64,000 nucleotides of DNA from an uncultured delta proteobacterium (lineage in GTDB: Bacteria; Desulfobacterota; RBG-13-43-22), in the NCBI GenBank assembly GCA_963843145.1, contig CAWJJC010000028.1:448001-512000 (forward strand), in the 5' to 3' direction. The position numbers and the translations under genes are program-made. Shown here in pieces: positions 17,009 through 26,734 of this stretch; position 1 is the first letter of the stretch, and every line of letters starts with the position of its first letter. The notes under the pieces are model-generated. The model was not told the DNA's origin and searched no databases. It saw only the letters and a program-made list of their open reading frames with translations.

Positions 17009-17968
17009 ATGAATTCCGGCCCTCCTTTTTTCCCCATCGCGGTTTATTGGGCCCATGTTCAAAACGTAAGTTTTCACGATTCCCTCGCCGGAGTGATTCT
17101 GGTCGGTTTTCTCGTAGGGATTCTCGTAGGGTTCTTCGGGATTGCCGGGCGATTTCTCTTGCCCCCCTTTTTGAACAGCTTCTTCAGTTTTCCCTTCAAC
17201 GTGGCGGTCGGCAGTGACCTGGGGCAGATGCTGGGCACATCCACTTTGAATCTGATGAAGTTCAAAGGGCTCCACAACGTGGACTATAAATTGGGTGGGT
17301 TCATGCTGATCGGCACCGTGGTCGGGGTGGAGGGTGGTGCCCAGATCATGGAGTGGTTGAAGCGTTCCGGTTCTTTTCTTGTCTTGGGCCGCTCCATACA
17401 GTATCTGGATCTGGTCCTGAGTATTTTCTATGTGGCCCTGCTGTTCTGGATTGGTCTCGTGGTTTACCGGGAATCCCGGGGGGCCTCCGGCAGCGAAGGG
17501 GAGGGCGGCTTTTTCCCCGTCGAACCCACGGCCTTGACGGCCAAACTGCAGCATCTGCGTCTTCCGCCCATGATCTCTCTGCCGGTCTCGGGTATCGAAT
17601 CGATCTCCTTATGGATTATTATGCTGGTGGGCCTGATCACCGGACTGCTGGTGGGCCTGCTGGGGGTGGGGGGGGCCTTTATCCGTCTGCCCGCTTTTAT
17701 CTACCTCATCGGTTGCCCGATGGTGGTGGCCATCGGCACCGATTTTTTCGAAAACCTGTTTTCCATGGGCTACGGCACCTTCACCCACTCGATGAAGGGC
17801 AACGTGGACCTTCTCCTGGTGTTGGTCCTCCTGGTCACCGTGGTGCTGGGAAGTCAAATCGGCATCGGCCTGGCCCGGAGGATTCACCAGATCAAAATCA
17901 GGGTGGGCTTTGCTTATATCGCCTTTGTGGCCGTTCTATTGATCCTTCTCAAACTCCTGTGGTTGTGA
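17009..17968 (+). CDS. Sulfite exporter TauE/SafE family membrane protein
   Basis: Duplicated GxxGxGG-like motifs, AVGSDL / AIGTDF, GNVD. Hydrophobic. Confidence 0.8.
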   Translation: MNSGPPFFPIAVYWAHVQNVSFHDSLAGVILVGFLVGILVGFFGIAGRFLLPPFLNSFFSFPFNVAVGSDLGQMLGTSTLNLMKFKGLHNVDYKLGGFMLIGTVVGVEGGAQIMEWLKRSGSFLVLGRSIQYLDLVLSIFYVALLFWIGLVVYRESRGASGSEGEGGFFPVEPTALTAKLQHLRLPPMISLPVSGIESISLWIIMLVGLITGLLVGLLGVGGAFIRLPAFIYLIGCPMVVAIGTDFFENLFSMGYGTFTHSMKGNVDLLLVLVLLVTVVLGSQIGIGLARRIHQIKIRVGFAYIAFVAVLLILLKLLWL

Positions 17969-17972
17969 GATC

Positions 17973-19214
17973 ATGTTAGCTATTCTCGCTCAAATTCCGT
18001 CATTTTGGATTGGTCATTTTAAGTCCCGCCATAGCGCGGGACGAAGAATCTCTTTTCTTCAACTGGGCGTCATTTTTATTTTATTGCTCACGGGTTGTGG
18101 TATCCGACAGACGCTTCCTCCGATCCCTGCGCAGGGATATCTTGAAGGGCTGAAACCAGGGGACATCCTGGAAACCCGGACCGGGCAGGTCATCTCCCCC
18201 GAAGTCCTGCTGGAGCGATTGGATGAAGCCCGGGTCGTTTATATCGGGGAAACCCATACCCGTCTAGAAGATCATCAAATCCAGGAATGGATTTTAAAAG
18301 GTCTCTTTGATCGTCATCCTTCCTTGGCAGTGGCCCTGGAGATGTTTCCTCGAGAAATCCAACCCCTTCTGGACCGTTTTTCCCGAGGGGAAGAAACGGA
18401 AGAGGAATTTCTTCGGAAAGTGGACTGGGAGGAGATTTGGGGGTATCCTTTTCAACTTTACCGCCCCATGGTCCTGTTCGCTAAGGAAAAGAGACTCCCC
18501 CTGATCGGCTTGAACGCCCCTCGAGAGGTGGTCACTAAAATTGCCCGTCAAGGTCTTTCCGGCCTTAGTCCGGAAGAGCGAAGGCGGGTGGCAGAGACTA
18601 TTTTAAGCGATCAGCCGGAAGACCGGGAGTTCGTGTTGGAGGAATATGAAAGGCATGTAAAGGGGAGCATCAAGGATTTTGAGACTTTTTACGAAGCGCA
18701 GTTGGCCTGGGAAGAGACCATGGCCGAAAGCCTGGTTGATGCGCTGAAGGTGTTGCCGGAGACCACTCGAATAGTGGTTTTGATCGGAAAAGGCCATATC
18801 TGGGAGGGACGGGGGGTACCCCGTGATGCCTGGAGACGCCTGGCCCACTCATTCCGGACCGTCATCCCGCTTTCGGCAGATTATTCCTTTCGCCCGCTGG
18901 AATCCGCGCCGGCGGACTACCTGTGGATCACGACGGCCTCCCCGGAGCCCCATCGACCCATCCTGGGAATTACAATCCAGACGCTGCCTGGGGGAGAGGG
19001 AATTGCCATCGGCGGATTGACCTCCGGCGGGAGGGCGGAGAAGGCCGGGTTTCAAAAAGGGGATGTGATCAAGAAGGTGAACGAGACCCCGATTCAGACC
19101 CTGGAGGACCTGCACCGGGCCTTGTCCGATAAAACCCCGTTGAAACGATTCGGGATCCACCGGGATGGCCGGGAAATGGAAATTCCGGTGGAATGGGGAA
19201 CGAAAAATCCTTGA
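17973..19214 (+). CDS. ChaN-family lipoprotein with C-terminal PDZ domain
   Basis: Lipobox LLTG-C; VVYIGETH, ALEMF, AQLAWEETMA, GKGH; PDZ AEKAGFQKGDVI. Start uncertain. Confidence 0.78.
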   Translation: MLAILAQIPSFWIGHFKSRHSAGRRISFLQLGVIFILLLTGCGIRQTLPPIPAQGYLEGLKPGDILETRTGQVISPEVLLERLDEARVVYIGETHTRLEDHQIQEWILKGLFDRHPSLAVALEMFPREIQPLLDRFSRGEETEEEFLRKVDWEEIWGYPFQLYRPMVLFAKEKRLPLIGLNAPREVVTKIARQGLSGLSPEERRRVAETILSDQPEDREFVLEEYERHVKGSIKDFETFYEAQLAWEETMAESLVDALKVLPETTRIVVLIGKGHIWEGRGVPRDAWRRLAHSFRTVIPLSADYSFRPLESAPADYLWITTASPEPHRPILGITIQTLPGGEGIAIGGLTSGGRAEKAGFQKGDVIKKVNETPIQTLEDLHRALSDKTPLKRFGIHRDGREMEIPVEWGTKNP

Positions 19215-19296
19215 CAGAAAAGGCTAATCAAGTAATATTATTAAGTTTAAGTTTTTGTAGGGGCATTAATCAATAACTTTTCACAAGGAGGGAATT

Positions 19297-20418
19297 ATGC
19301 AAAGGCGGAGTCAATGGGTTTTAGCAATGGGTATCGTGGCGAGCGTCCTCTTTCTGGCGGTTGCGGCCACTCAGGCAGCGCCGATAGCGGCCAAGATCGG
19401 GGTCATTTCCATTATCACCGGCCCGGGGGCCGGATACGGGGAGGCTATCACCAACGGGTTCAAACTGGCCGCGGGAGAACTGAACGCCAAGGGGGACGTA
19501 AAAATCGACCTGATCATAGAAGATTCTTCGGGCAAACAGGAACAAGCCCTGGCGGCGGCCCAGAAACTGATCAATTCCGACCAGGTGGTGGCCATCCTCG
19601 GCCCCACGCTGAGCACGGAAATGAAGGTGGTCGGTCCGGAGGCCAATGCCAGCGGGGTCCCGATTATGGGTACCTCCACCACCGCCGTGGGCATCACCCA
19701 GATCGGGAAATATGTTTTTCGCAATTCCCTGCCGGAGGCCCTGGCCATCCCGGCTTCGGTGAAAAAGGCCGTAGCCAAGTACCATATCAAAAGCGTGGCC
19801 ATGCTCTACGGGAACGATGACGTTTTCACCAAATCGGGCTTTGACACCATGAAAAAGGTGGCCACCGACCTGGGTCTCAAGATCACCACTATCGAAGAAT
19901 TTCAAAAAGGGCAGGCCGATTACAAGGCCCAATTGACCAAGATCAAAGCTACCAAGCCCGATGCCATCTTTTGCTCGGCCCTCTATGAAGAGGGAGGGGT
20001 CATATTGTCTCAGGCCCGGAAAATGGGGATTACCGTGCCCTTTGTGGGCGGCAACGGCTTCAACTCCCCCAAAGTGATCGAAATCGCCAAAGAGGCCGCC
20101 AACGGATTGATCGTGGCCACCCCCTGGTTCGGGGATAAGGCCGACCCGAAGGTCAAAGCCTTCGTTCAGAAGTATGAAAAGGCCTACGGGAAGAAGCCGG
20201 ATCAGTTCGCCGCCCAGGCCTATGATGCCATGTATATCATGGGCGAGGCCCTGAAGAAAGCCGGGAAAGCTGACCGCGACAAGCTGCGCGACGCCTTAGC
20301 CTCCATTCGCAATTACAACGGCGTGTTGGGCAAGTTCTCCTTCGACAAAGAACGCGACGTGGTCATGGAGCCCAATGTCCTGATCGTCAAGGACGGCAAG
20401 TTTCAGATATTTAACTAA
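19297..20418 (+). CDS. Branched-chain amino acid ABC transporter substrate-binding protein (LivJ/K-like)
   Basis: Signal peptide; AILGPTLS, YVFRN, FAAQAYDA, GVLGKFSFD. Confidence 0.9.
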   Translation: MQRRSQWVLAMGIVASVLFLAVAATQAAPIAAKIGVISIITGPGAGYGEAITNGFKLAAGELNAKGDVKIDLIIEDSSGKQEQALAAAQKLINSDQVVAILGPTLSTEMKVVGPEANASGVPIMGTSTTAVGITQIGKYVFRNSLPEALAIPASVKKAVAKYHIKSVAMLYGNDDVFTKSGFDTMKKVATDLGLKITTIEEFQKGQADYKAQLTKIKATKPDAIFCSALYEEGGVILSQARKMGITVPFVGGNGFNSPKVIEIAKEAANGLIVATPWFGDKADPKVKAFVQKYEKAYGKKPDQFAAQAYDAMYIMGEALKKAGKADRDKLRDALASIRNYNGVLGKFSFDKERDVVMEPNVLIVKDGKFQIFN

Positions 20419-20421
20419 TTG

Positions 20422-20545
20422 CACCGCCCGCTTGCCACGCGGCTCGCTCAAGACGCAAAGGACGCAAAGAATTTTTACATCATGGCCGGTTTTCACCGGC
20501 CATGATAAAAACTATTCTCTTTGCGCCCTTTGCGCCTTTGCGGTG
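20422..20545. repeat. Long composite hairpin with 9-mer (CGCAAAGGA/G) inverted arms and a central stem-loop
   Basis: AAGACGCAAAGGACGCAAAGA vs TCTTTGCGCCCTTTGCGCCTTTGCGGTG. Inner stem ATCATGGCCGGT/ACCGGCCATGAT. Lies between the SBP and permease genes. Confidence 0.7.
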
Positions 20546-20569
20546 AACAAATTTTTTTAAGGTCGAACC

Positions 20570-21454
20570 TTGTTTTTCGAGCAATTAATAAACGGCATCA
20601 CCCTGGGCAGTATCTATGCCATTGTGGCCTTGGGTTACACGCTGGTCTTCGGGGTCCTGGACATCATCAACATGGCCCACGGGGAGATCTTCATGTTCGG
20701 GGCCTTCATTGGTATGCTGCTCATTTCCCGTTTCGAGGCGCCGGTCGTGGTGGCCCTGGGCGGAGCCATTCTGGTGACCGCAGCTTTGGGTTTTCTGTTG
20801 GAACGACTGGCCTTGCGCCCTCTCCGGGGTCGAAGAGGGGTTTCCCATCTGGCTTCTCTGATCAGCACCATCGGCGTGTCCATTTTTCTGGAAAACCTGG
20901 CCCATCATCTTTTCGGCTCCGGCAACAAACGGTTCCCCACTTCTTTTGGAGATATCCAGTTCACTGTCGGACCGGTGTCGATCTACCTGGTGCAGGTCAT
21001 CATCCTGGCCATCTCCATTCTTCTGATGGTGGGCCTCTCCACCTGGCTTTCCAAGGCCAAGACCGGCAAGGCCCTGCGGGCCACGGCGGAAAACCTGGAG
21101 ACGGCCAGTCTGCTCGGCATCAACACGGGCCGGATCATTACCTCCACCGTGGTGGTGGCCTCGTCCATGGGCGGGATCGCCGGGGTGCTGGTGGGCATGG
21201 CCTTCAATTACGTCAACAACCAGATGGGCCTGCCCATGGGGCTTAAAGGGCTGGCCATCATCATCATGGGCGGCATGGGCAGCGTGAACGGGGCCATGGT
21301 CGGCGGATTGATCCTCGGCCTGTCCGAAACCTTCATGGTGGCTTACGGAGATTCCGGCTACCGGGACGCCATCGCCTTTATCGCCATCATTGTGATTTTG
21401 TTGATCCGTCCCCAAGGCCTTTTCGGCCAGGCCCTGCCGGAAGCCAAGCGTTAG
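20570..21454 (+). CDS. livH: BCAA ABC transporter permease
   Basis: GSIYAIVALGYTLVFGVL.IINMAHG, GKALRATAEN, RPQGLFG. Confidence 0.9.
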   Translation: MFFEQLINGITLGSIYAIVALGYTLVFGVLDIINMAHGEIFMFGAFIGMLLISRFEAPVVVALGGAILVTAALGFLLERLALRPLRGRRGVSHLASLISTIGVSIFLENLAHHLFGSGNKRFPTSFGDIQFTVGPVSIYLVQVIILAISILLMVGLSTWLSKAKTGKALRATAENLETASLLGINTGRIITSTVVVASSMGGIAGVLVGMAFNYVNNQMGLPMGLKGLAIIIMGGMGSVNGAMVGGLILGLSETFMVAYGDSGYRDAIAFIAIIVILLIRPQGLFGQALPEAKR

Positions 21455-21476
21455 CCAAAAAATTTTTGGGCTTAAA

Positions 21477-21506
21477 CTCGAATTTCGTGCTTCGGATTTC
21501 GAATTT
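21477..21506. repeat. Solo arm of a heptameric (TTCGAAT/TTCGTGC) repeat
   Basis: ATTTCGTGCTTCGGATTTCGAATTT, near-identical to 52966-52990. Confidence 0.6.
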
Positions 21507-21565
21507 GACAATGCTTTTGTTTGACGGTGCGAGAAATATTCTCGGAATGATTTTTTAAGGAAATA

Positions 21566-22507
21566 ATGATCAACCCTTATTACCTCCAAATCGCCTCTTT
21601 CCTCCTGATCAACATCCTGTTGGCCCTGAGCATCTACATTACCCTCTGCACCGGGCAGTTGTCCCTGGGCAGCGCTGGATTCATGAGCATCGGCGCCTAT
21701 ACCAGCGCTCTGCTGACCGCCAAACTGGGGCTGCCGATCCCTCTGGGCCTTTTGGCCGGAGGGCTGCTGGCCGCGTTCATGGGTCTGCTCATCGGCCTGC
21801 CCACCCTGCGTCTCACCGGGGTCTATCTGGCTATTGCCACGCTGGGTTTCGGAGAAGTGGTTCGTGTCGTTTTTATCAACTGGGAGTCTCTGACCAGCGG
21901 CGCGGTAGGTATCGCCGGAATTCCCCACCTGGGCCGCACCATCCTGGCCCGCCTGCAGGTGATCGGGTTTTCCCCGGAAAGCTGGGGTCTGAAGAATAAC
22001 GAGTTTATCAGCTTGAGCATTTTTCTGGTTCTCCTTTTCCTTACCCTGCTGACCTTACTTTTTTTTAGCCGTCTCCTGAACTCTCGGGTGGGCCGGGCCT
22101 TTGAGGCCATCCGCATGGATGAAAAGGCCGCCGAGGCCATGGGTATCCCGACCACCTATTACAAAATTTTAACCTTTGTGCAGGGTGCGGCCCTGGCCGG
22201 ATTCGCCGGTGCCTTGTTCGCCCATGTGACCGGCTACATCAGTCCGGCGGACTTTACCTATCACCGGGCCGTGGAAATACTGGTTTTTGCCGTTTTCGGG
22301 GGCAGCGAGGTGTTATGGGGACCGGTTTTCGGAGCTGGCTTCCTGACGGTCATGCCGGAACTGCTCCGAGGCTTAAGCGAGTACCGTTATTTTATTTACG
22401 GGGCTATACTGGTGGCCATGATGGTTTTCCGTCCTCAGGGCGTGATCGACCGGACATTGCTCGATCGGCTTCGGGGCCGCCGGAACGAGGGGAAAAATGC
22501 TGCTTGA
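21566..22507 (+). CDS. livM: BCAA ABC transporter permease
   Basis: GQLSLGSAGF..IGAY, YLAIATLGFGE, SRVGRAFEAIRMDE, RPQG. Confidence 0.9.
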   Translation: MINPYYLQIASFLLINILLALSIYITLCTGQLSLGSAGFMSIGAYTSALLTAKLGLPIPLGLLAGGLLAAFMGLLIGLPTLRLTGVYLAIATLGFGEVVRVVFINWESLTSGAVGIAGIPHLGRTILARLQVIGFSPESWGLKNNEFISLSIFLVLLFLTLLTLLFFSRLLNSRVGRAFEAIRMDEKAAEAMGIPTTYYKILTFVQGAALAGFAGALFAHVTGYISPADFTYHRAVEILVFAVFGGSEVLWGPVFGAGFLTVMPELLRGLSEYRYFIYGAILVAMMVFRPQGVIDRTLLDRLRGRRNEGKNAA

Positions 22508-23261
22508 GATCCGGAAGGTCAGCATGATTTTCGGCGGTCTGGCCGCCTTAAAGGATGTGGACTTCCGGTTGGAGGAGGGGGAAATCCTGGGCCTGATCGG
22601 TCCCAACGGCGCGGGTAAGACCACCTTGTTCAATGTGGTCACCTCCTTTCTACACCCAACGGGCGGTGAGATCTTTTTCAACGGTGAAAAGATCAGCGGC
22701 CTCCCTACCCACGAGATTACCAATCGCGGGATCAGCCGGACCTTTCAAAATATCCGTCTTTTCGATCAAATGACCGTGGAAGAGAACGTCATGGTCGGCC
22801 GCCACACCCGCAGCCGGGCCGGGGTTTGGAGCAGTGTCCTGCGGACCGGTTTTCAAAAAAAAGAAGAGTTGCGGATCAGGGAAAAAACCGACGAACTGCT
22901 CGACCTGGTGGGCTTATCGGGAACCAATCGCTCCCCGGCCTCCAGCCTGCCCTACGGGTACCAGCGGCGGGTGGAAATCGCTCGGGCCTTAGCCGGGGAA
23001 CCGCGGCTGATCCTCCTGGATGAACCCGTGGCCGGGATGAACGACAGCGAGACCGAGGAGATGGCCCGGTTGATCAAAAAGATTCTGGGATTCGGCATCA
23101 CCATCCTGTTGATCGAGCACGACATGTCCATGGTCATGAAGGTTTGCGACCGGTTGGTGGTCCTTAATTTCGGCGAGAAGATCGCCGAGGGCGCCCCCCA
23201 GGAGATCCAGAACAATCCCCAGGTCATCGAAGCCTACCTGGGCCGGGAAGAAGCGGAATAA
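22497..23261 (+). CDS. livG: BCAA ABC transporter ATP-binding protein
   Basis: GPNGAGKTT, RTFQNIRLF, LPYGYQRRVE, LLDEP, VIEAYLG. Confidence 0.92.
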   Translation: MLLEIRKVSMIFGGLAALKDVDFRLEEGEILGLIGPNGAGKTTLFNVVTSFLHPTGGEIFFNGEKISGLPTHEITNRGISRTFQNIRLFDQMTVEENVMVGRHTRSRAGVWSSVLRTGFQKKEELRIREKTDELLDLVGLSGTNRSPASSLPYGYQRRVEIARALAGEPRLILLDEPVAGMNDSETEEMARLIKKILGFGITILLIEHDMSMVMKVCDRLVVLNFGEKIAEGAPQEIQNNPQVIEAYLGREEAE

Positions 23262-23968
23262 TGCTGCGGGTCGAAGGGCTGAAGACCAATTACGGAAACA
23301 TCCGGGCACTAAAGGGGGTGGACCTGGAGGTGCCCTCCGGTTCCATTGTGACCATCCTGGGCGTCAACGGGGCCGGCAAAACGACCCTGCTCAAAACCAT
23401 CGCCGGCCTGCTCAAACCCAAGGCCGGAAAGATATTTTTTCTGGACGAGGATATCGCCAGGCTTCCGCCTTTCAAGGTGGTGCAACGGGGCATCGCCCTG
23501 GTCCCGGAAGGACGGGCCATCCTGGCCCGAATGAGCGTTCTGGAAAACTTGGAGATGGGGGCCTACCAGCGCCGCGACGGCCAGGTTCGCCAGGATATCA
23601 AAAAGGAAATGGAGCGTTTCCCCTGGCTGGAAGAACGGCAGGGGCAGCCCGGCGGCTCCCTTTCCGGGGGGGAGCAGCAGATGCTGGCCATCTCCCGGGC
23701 ACTCCTCTCCCGCCCCAAACTGCTACTCTTGGATGAGCCTTCCCTGGGCCTGGCCCCCCTGGTGGTGAACGAGATCTTCCGGATCATCCGCCGCATCAAC
23801 CAGGACGGAACTACAGTCCTCCTGGTGGAGCAGAACGTCAAACAGGCCATGAAAGTCTCCCAGTACGCCTACGTACTGGAAACCGGGAAGATCGTCCTGA
23901 GCGGAACCACCGCCGAGCTCTTGGAAAACCCCAAGATCAAGGAATCATTCCTGGGGCAACGGACCTGA
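23261..23968 (+). CDS. livF: BCAA ABC transporter ATP-binding protein
   Basis: GVNGAGKTT, VPEGR, LSGGEQQML, DEPSLGLAP, VEQN. Confidence 0.92.
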   Translation: MLRVEGLKTNYGNIRALKGVDLEVPSGSIVTILGVNGAGKTTLLKTIAGLLKPKAGKIFFLDEDIARLPPFKVVQRGIALVPEGRAILARMSVLENLEMGAYQRRDGQVRQDIKKEMERFPWLEERQGQPGGSLSGGEQQMLAISRALLSRPKLLLLDEPSLGLAPLVVNEIFRIIRRINQDGTTVLLVEQNVKQAMKVSQYAYVLETGKIVLSGTTAELLENPKIKESFLGQRT

Positions 23969-23993
23969 CCCGCCAACGTAATGCCATAAAGTC

Positions 23994-24017
23994 AAGGGCG
24001 ACCGGCCGGTCGCCCTT
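23994..24017. repeat. Perfect 24-bp palindrome (REP-like) between convergent genes; possible terminator
   Basis: AAGGGCGACCGGCCGGTCGCCCTT followed by CCGGTTTTTT. Confidence 0.65.
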
Positions 24018-24045
24018 CCGGTTTTTTCATAATCAATATTCTATA

Positions 24046-24318
24046 TTAGTTTTTCAGGATCAAAGGCAGATAAACGAATGACGGTCCGATGCCGGCCCAA
24101 TAACCCAATTCCAACCGAAAATTATCGCTAGCCGATGACCCGATTACCGTCTGCCCCACCGTGAAACTTACGGCATAGTTGGCAGAGGCGGATTTCCCTC
24201 CTGTTCCGGTTAGCGGAACCAACCAATCCAACCTATAATTCGTTGAACTCATGGCCTGGGCGCTGGCCGTCAGAAAGAGGAGGGCAATCAGCGCGAAAAA
24301 CAATGTCAATCGTTTCAT
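24046..24318 (-). CDS. Small secreted protein with C-terminal VYLPLILK tag
   Basis: Signal peptide ending AQA; repeated SxNY/F motifs (SSTNY, SANY, SDNF); GYWAG; ends FVYLPLILKN. GGAGGAGG RBS. Confidence 0.8.
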   Translation of the reverse strand: MKRLTLFFALIALLFLTASAQAMSSTNYRLDWLVPLTGTGGKSASANYAVSFTVGQTVIGSSASDNFRLELGYWAGIGPSFVYLPLILKN

Positions 24319-24330
24319 GACCCTCCTCCA

Positions 24331-25203
24331 TTAAAAATTGGTGTCCAGGGTTAGACGAATTCCGGTGATTTCAATGTAATTGGTATCATCAACAAAATTG
24401 AGTAAAAATCGCAGGGTCAGAATACCTTGCGAGGAGGAGAGGGTATTGTAAAGGCTGTCTGTACTTATAGTGTAACTGGATGCTGTATTGCTGATCCGGG
24501 GGGTTGTATTTTGGACCAAGTAAACAGCAGAATCGGCATCTGTATTCTTGTAGAGGTAGGTTCCCGAAATATAATTCAAAGAGCCATTTTGACATCTATA
24601 ATAGACTGTGATGGAGGTTACCCGTATCGGCTGGCCGTAGAGCATACTGGGGATGGTTACCGGATAACGGATATTCTTATTCCCGATTGTTCCTCCCCTA
24701 CGGATTAGGGCTCCTCCATAAGAAAGGTCCCAGCGAGTTGTATCTCCGGAATCTTCTTTGATTAAAGTCGATCCTGGAATGAAGTAATAGCTGGATGCCC
24801 CGCTGCTCAAAATTCCATCAACCAGGCCCCAGGCAAAGGGGGTGCCATATAAAGGTTGCCTGGGGGTCATTTCAGGGTCGCTACCCACTTGAATACCCAG
24901 ATAGAGTTGAGGGGTCCCGCTAAAATCATTGGAGCTGCAACCCCCCATATCCGTATTGAACAAGCCGTTGGCTACGACAACATCATTGGTGTCTGTGCAT
25001 AATACGGTCCCGCCCGAAGAAGCATTGTATATCGTGAATGTTACGCTGTAGGTCCCGTTCAAAGGAGTACCCCCGGCATCGGTCAACTTTCCTTGAATGG
25101 GAATGAAGTTAGACATGGCGGAGACATCTCCTGGAAACATTAGAATTCCAAGCGCCGATAAAAGAACTAAAACAAGCATTCCGACAAAAAAAATTCGCTT
25201 CAT
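24331..25203 (-). CDS. Secreted fibre/adhesin-like protein with QGKLTD..G.PLNG N-terminal domain
   Basis: Signal peptide; IQGKLTDAGGTPLNG, VANGLFN, QVGSDPEMTPRQPL..TPFA; beta-rich C-terminal head. Lower GC than flanks. Confidence 0.7.
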   Translation of the reverse strand: MKRIFFVGMLVLVLLSALGILMFPGDVSAMSNFIPIQGKLTDAGGTPLNGTYSVTFTIYNASSGGTVLCTDTNDVVVANGLFNTDMGGCSSNDFSGTPQLYLGIQVGSDPEMTPRQPLYGTPFAWGLVDGILSSGASSYYFIPGSTLIKEDSGDTTRWDLSYGGALIRRGGTIGNKNIRYPVTIPSMLYGQPIRVTSITVYYRCQNGSLNYISGTYLYKNTDADSAVYLVQNTTPRISNTASSYTISTDSLYNTLSSSQGILTLRFLLNFVDDTNYIEITGIRLTLDTNF

Positions 25204-25556
25204 GGTGTTCCTCCTTAATTAGGTTTTTAACTTCTCAACAACACGAAACAAAAATTATGAGTCCCCATTCATTTTAAAAAGTATTTAGTTCAAGTTAAAG
25301 CCCTTAAGCGATTGGTTGATTTGGCAAGAGAAATTAATGGAAAGGAACGTCCAGCGGAAATCCAACACTCGGTAAAATGCTGGAAAAACTTCATCTAATC
25401 TCCCGCAATGGTTGAGAAAATATTTTTTCAATCAATAACGGAATAACGGATGGTTGAGGGTTATCTAATTTTAATTGTTTGATATTGAATGATAAATTAT
25501 TTAAATTTATTATATCACAGTTCTATATGGTGAACAAGTTTTAAATTCGGGTGGAT

Positions 25557-26708
25557 TTAAACGTATGACTGAAATGGTTTAAAGAGACGATCCATCCGGA
25601 AGTACTGCAGCAGACTGACAAAAAAAGATAATTTTATGGGATCCTCCTTCATCCCGAACAGATGTCCCGGACAGGAACAGTCGGAGGCTCCGAATCCGGG
25701 GATTGCCCACTCGGTGATGATCCCCATCCTTTCGGCGATTTGACATTCCAGGTCCTCCGAAGCGCGGATCGGCAGTGCCGCCACGAATTCCGAAACCTCC
25801 CGCAGGTAATCGATGTGCCAGAACTTGTTCTTCCTCAAGCGGCGGTGGCGTTCCAGTCGCTGGGTCAGATTTTTCATGGCCGAGCCGACATATACGTAGT
25901 AACCGGCCGGGAAAGTCTGCCGATTTTGCCGGCGGCCGAATTCCAGATTCCTTTTGCGGTTGAGCTTCAGAATCAGCAGGTAGCTTCCCCGGTCCTGGGC
26001 CTCCCTTTGAATCAGCTCCCAGGGGATTTCCAATCGCTTTGTCCGATCGTCGAGAGACAGGTCCGGTTTCCACTCTACTGCCAGCGGGATGATTTCCACC
26101 CGATTCCGGCTGGCCAGAAAGGTTTGGGCGAAAAACAGATCCGTGTGATAATCGGGGAGAAAGAATTCCGCCTTCAGCCAGTGGACGATGAACAGCACCG
26201 CGGTCTTCCGTCCCTGGTCGCTCAATTCGGCTAATTCCCGCAAATGCCGGGCCCCGCGCTCGGTAACCGCATCCGGGAACATAGCCGTTCTCTCCCCGAA
26301 CAGAGTGCAGGATTTCACTTCGACCAGCCATTCCTTTTTCCGGTGTTCCACCAGGAGGTCAAAACGGGAATGATCGATGCGAATCTCCCGGCCGATCACC
26401 CGGGCCCCTTCCCAGCCGGGGACCTTTCCTTGATCGATCAAATTTCCGGCCACTTCGTTGGTCCGATGGGTATGGAGGAAGATCGGAACCCCCTCCCGTT
26501 CCACCGCCAACACGGTAAAGGCGTTTTTTCGGGTAGGGGAGGACGGTTCTTTGACAATATACACGGTGACCCCCGGCAGCAGGAGCTCCTGGAGCCGTCC
26601 GGGGTTGGGTAGAAAAGCCTGGATGATCCTGGCCCCCAGGCGGCAGCGGATTAGAAAACGGTTGGGGCGGTCGATAAACTGGGCCGGTAGAGGAGGGGCG
26701 GGAGGCAT
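25557..26708 (-). CDS. sfsA: SfsA nuclease fused to a C-terminal DUF123 (GIY-YIG/Uri-like) domain
   Basis: RPNRF, LPNPGRLQELL, SRFD, VEVKSCTL, FPDAVTERGARH; C-terminal GYYVYVGSA, WHIDYL, GFGASDC.C.GHL. Confidence 0.88.
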   Translation of the reverse strand: MPPAPPLPAQFIDRPNRFLIRCRLGARIIQAFLPNPGRLQELLLPGVTVYIVKEPSSPTRKNAFTVLAVEREGVPIFLHTHRTNEVAGNLIDQGKVPGWEGARVIGREIRIDHSRFDLLVEHRKKEWLVEVKSCTLFGERTAMFPDAVTERGARHLRELAELSDQGRKTAVLFIVHWLKAEFFLPDYHTDLFFAQTFLASRNRVEIIPLAVEWKPDLSLDDRTKRLEIPWELIQREAQDRGSYLLILKLNRKRNLEFGRRQNRQTFPAGYYVYVGSAMKNLTQRLERHRRLRKNKFWHIDYLREVSEFVAALPIRASEDLECQIAERMGIITEWAIPGFGASDCSCPGHLFGMKEDPIKLSFFVSLLQYFRMDRLFKPFQSYV

Positions 26709-26734
26709 CAGACGGATCGGTTAGGGTGGACCAA

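Noticed and set aside
20585-21928. 447-aa minus-strand ORF and similar long antisense ORFs (6907-7809, 9381-10349, 48738-49688, 57571-58542)
   Set aside because: They overlap well-supported genes on the opposite strand.
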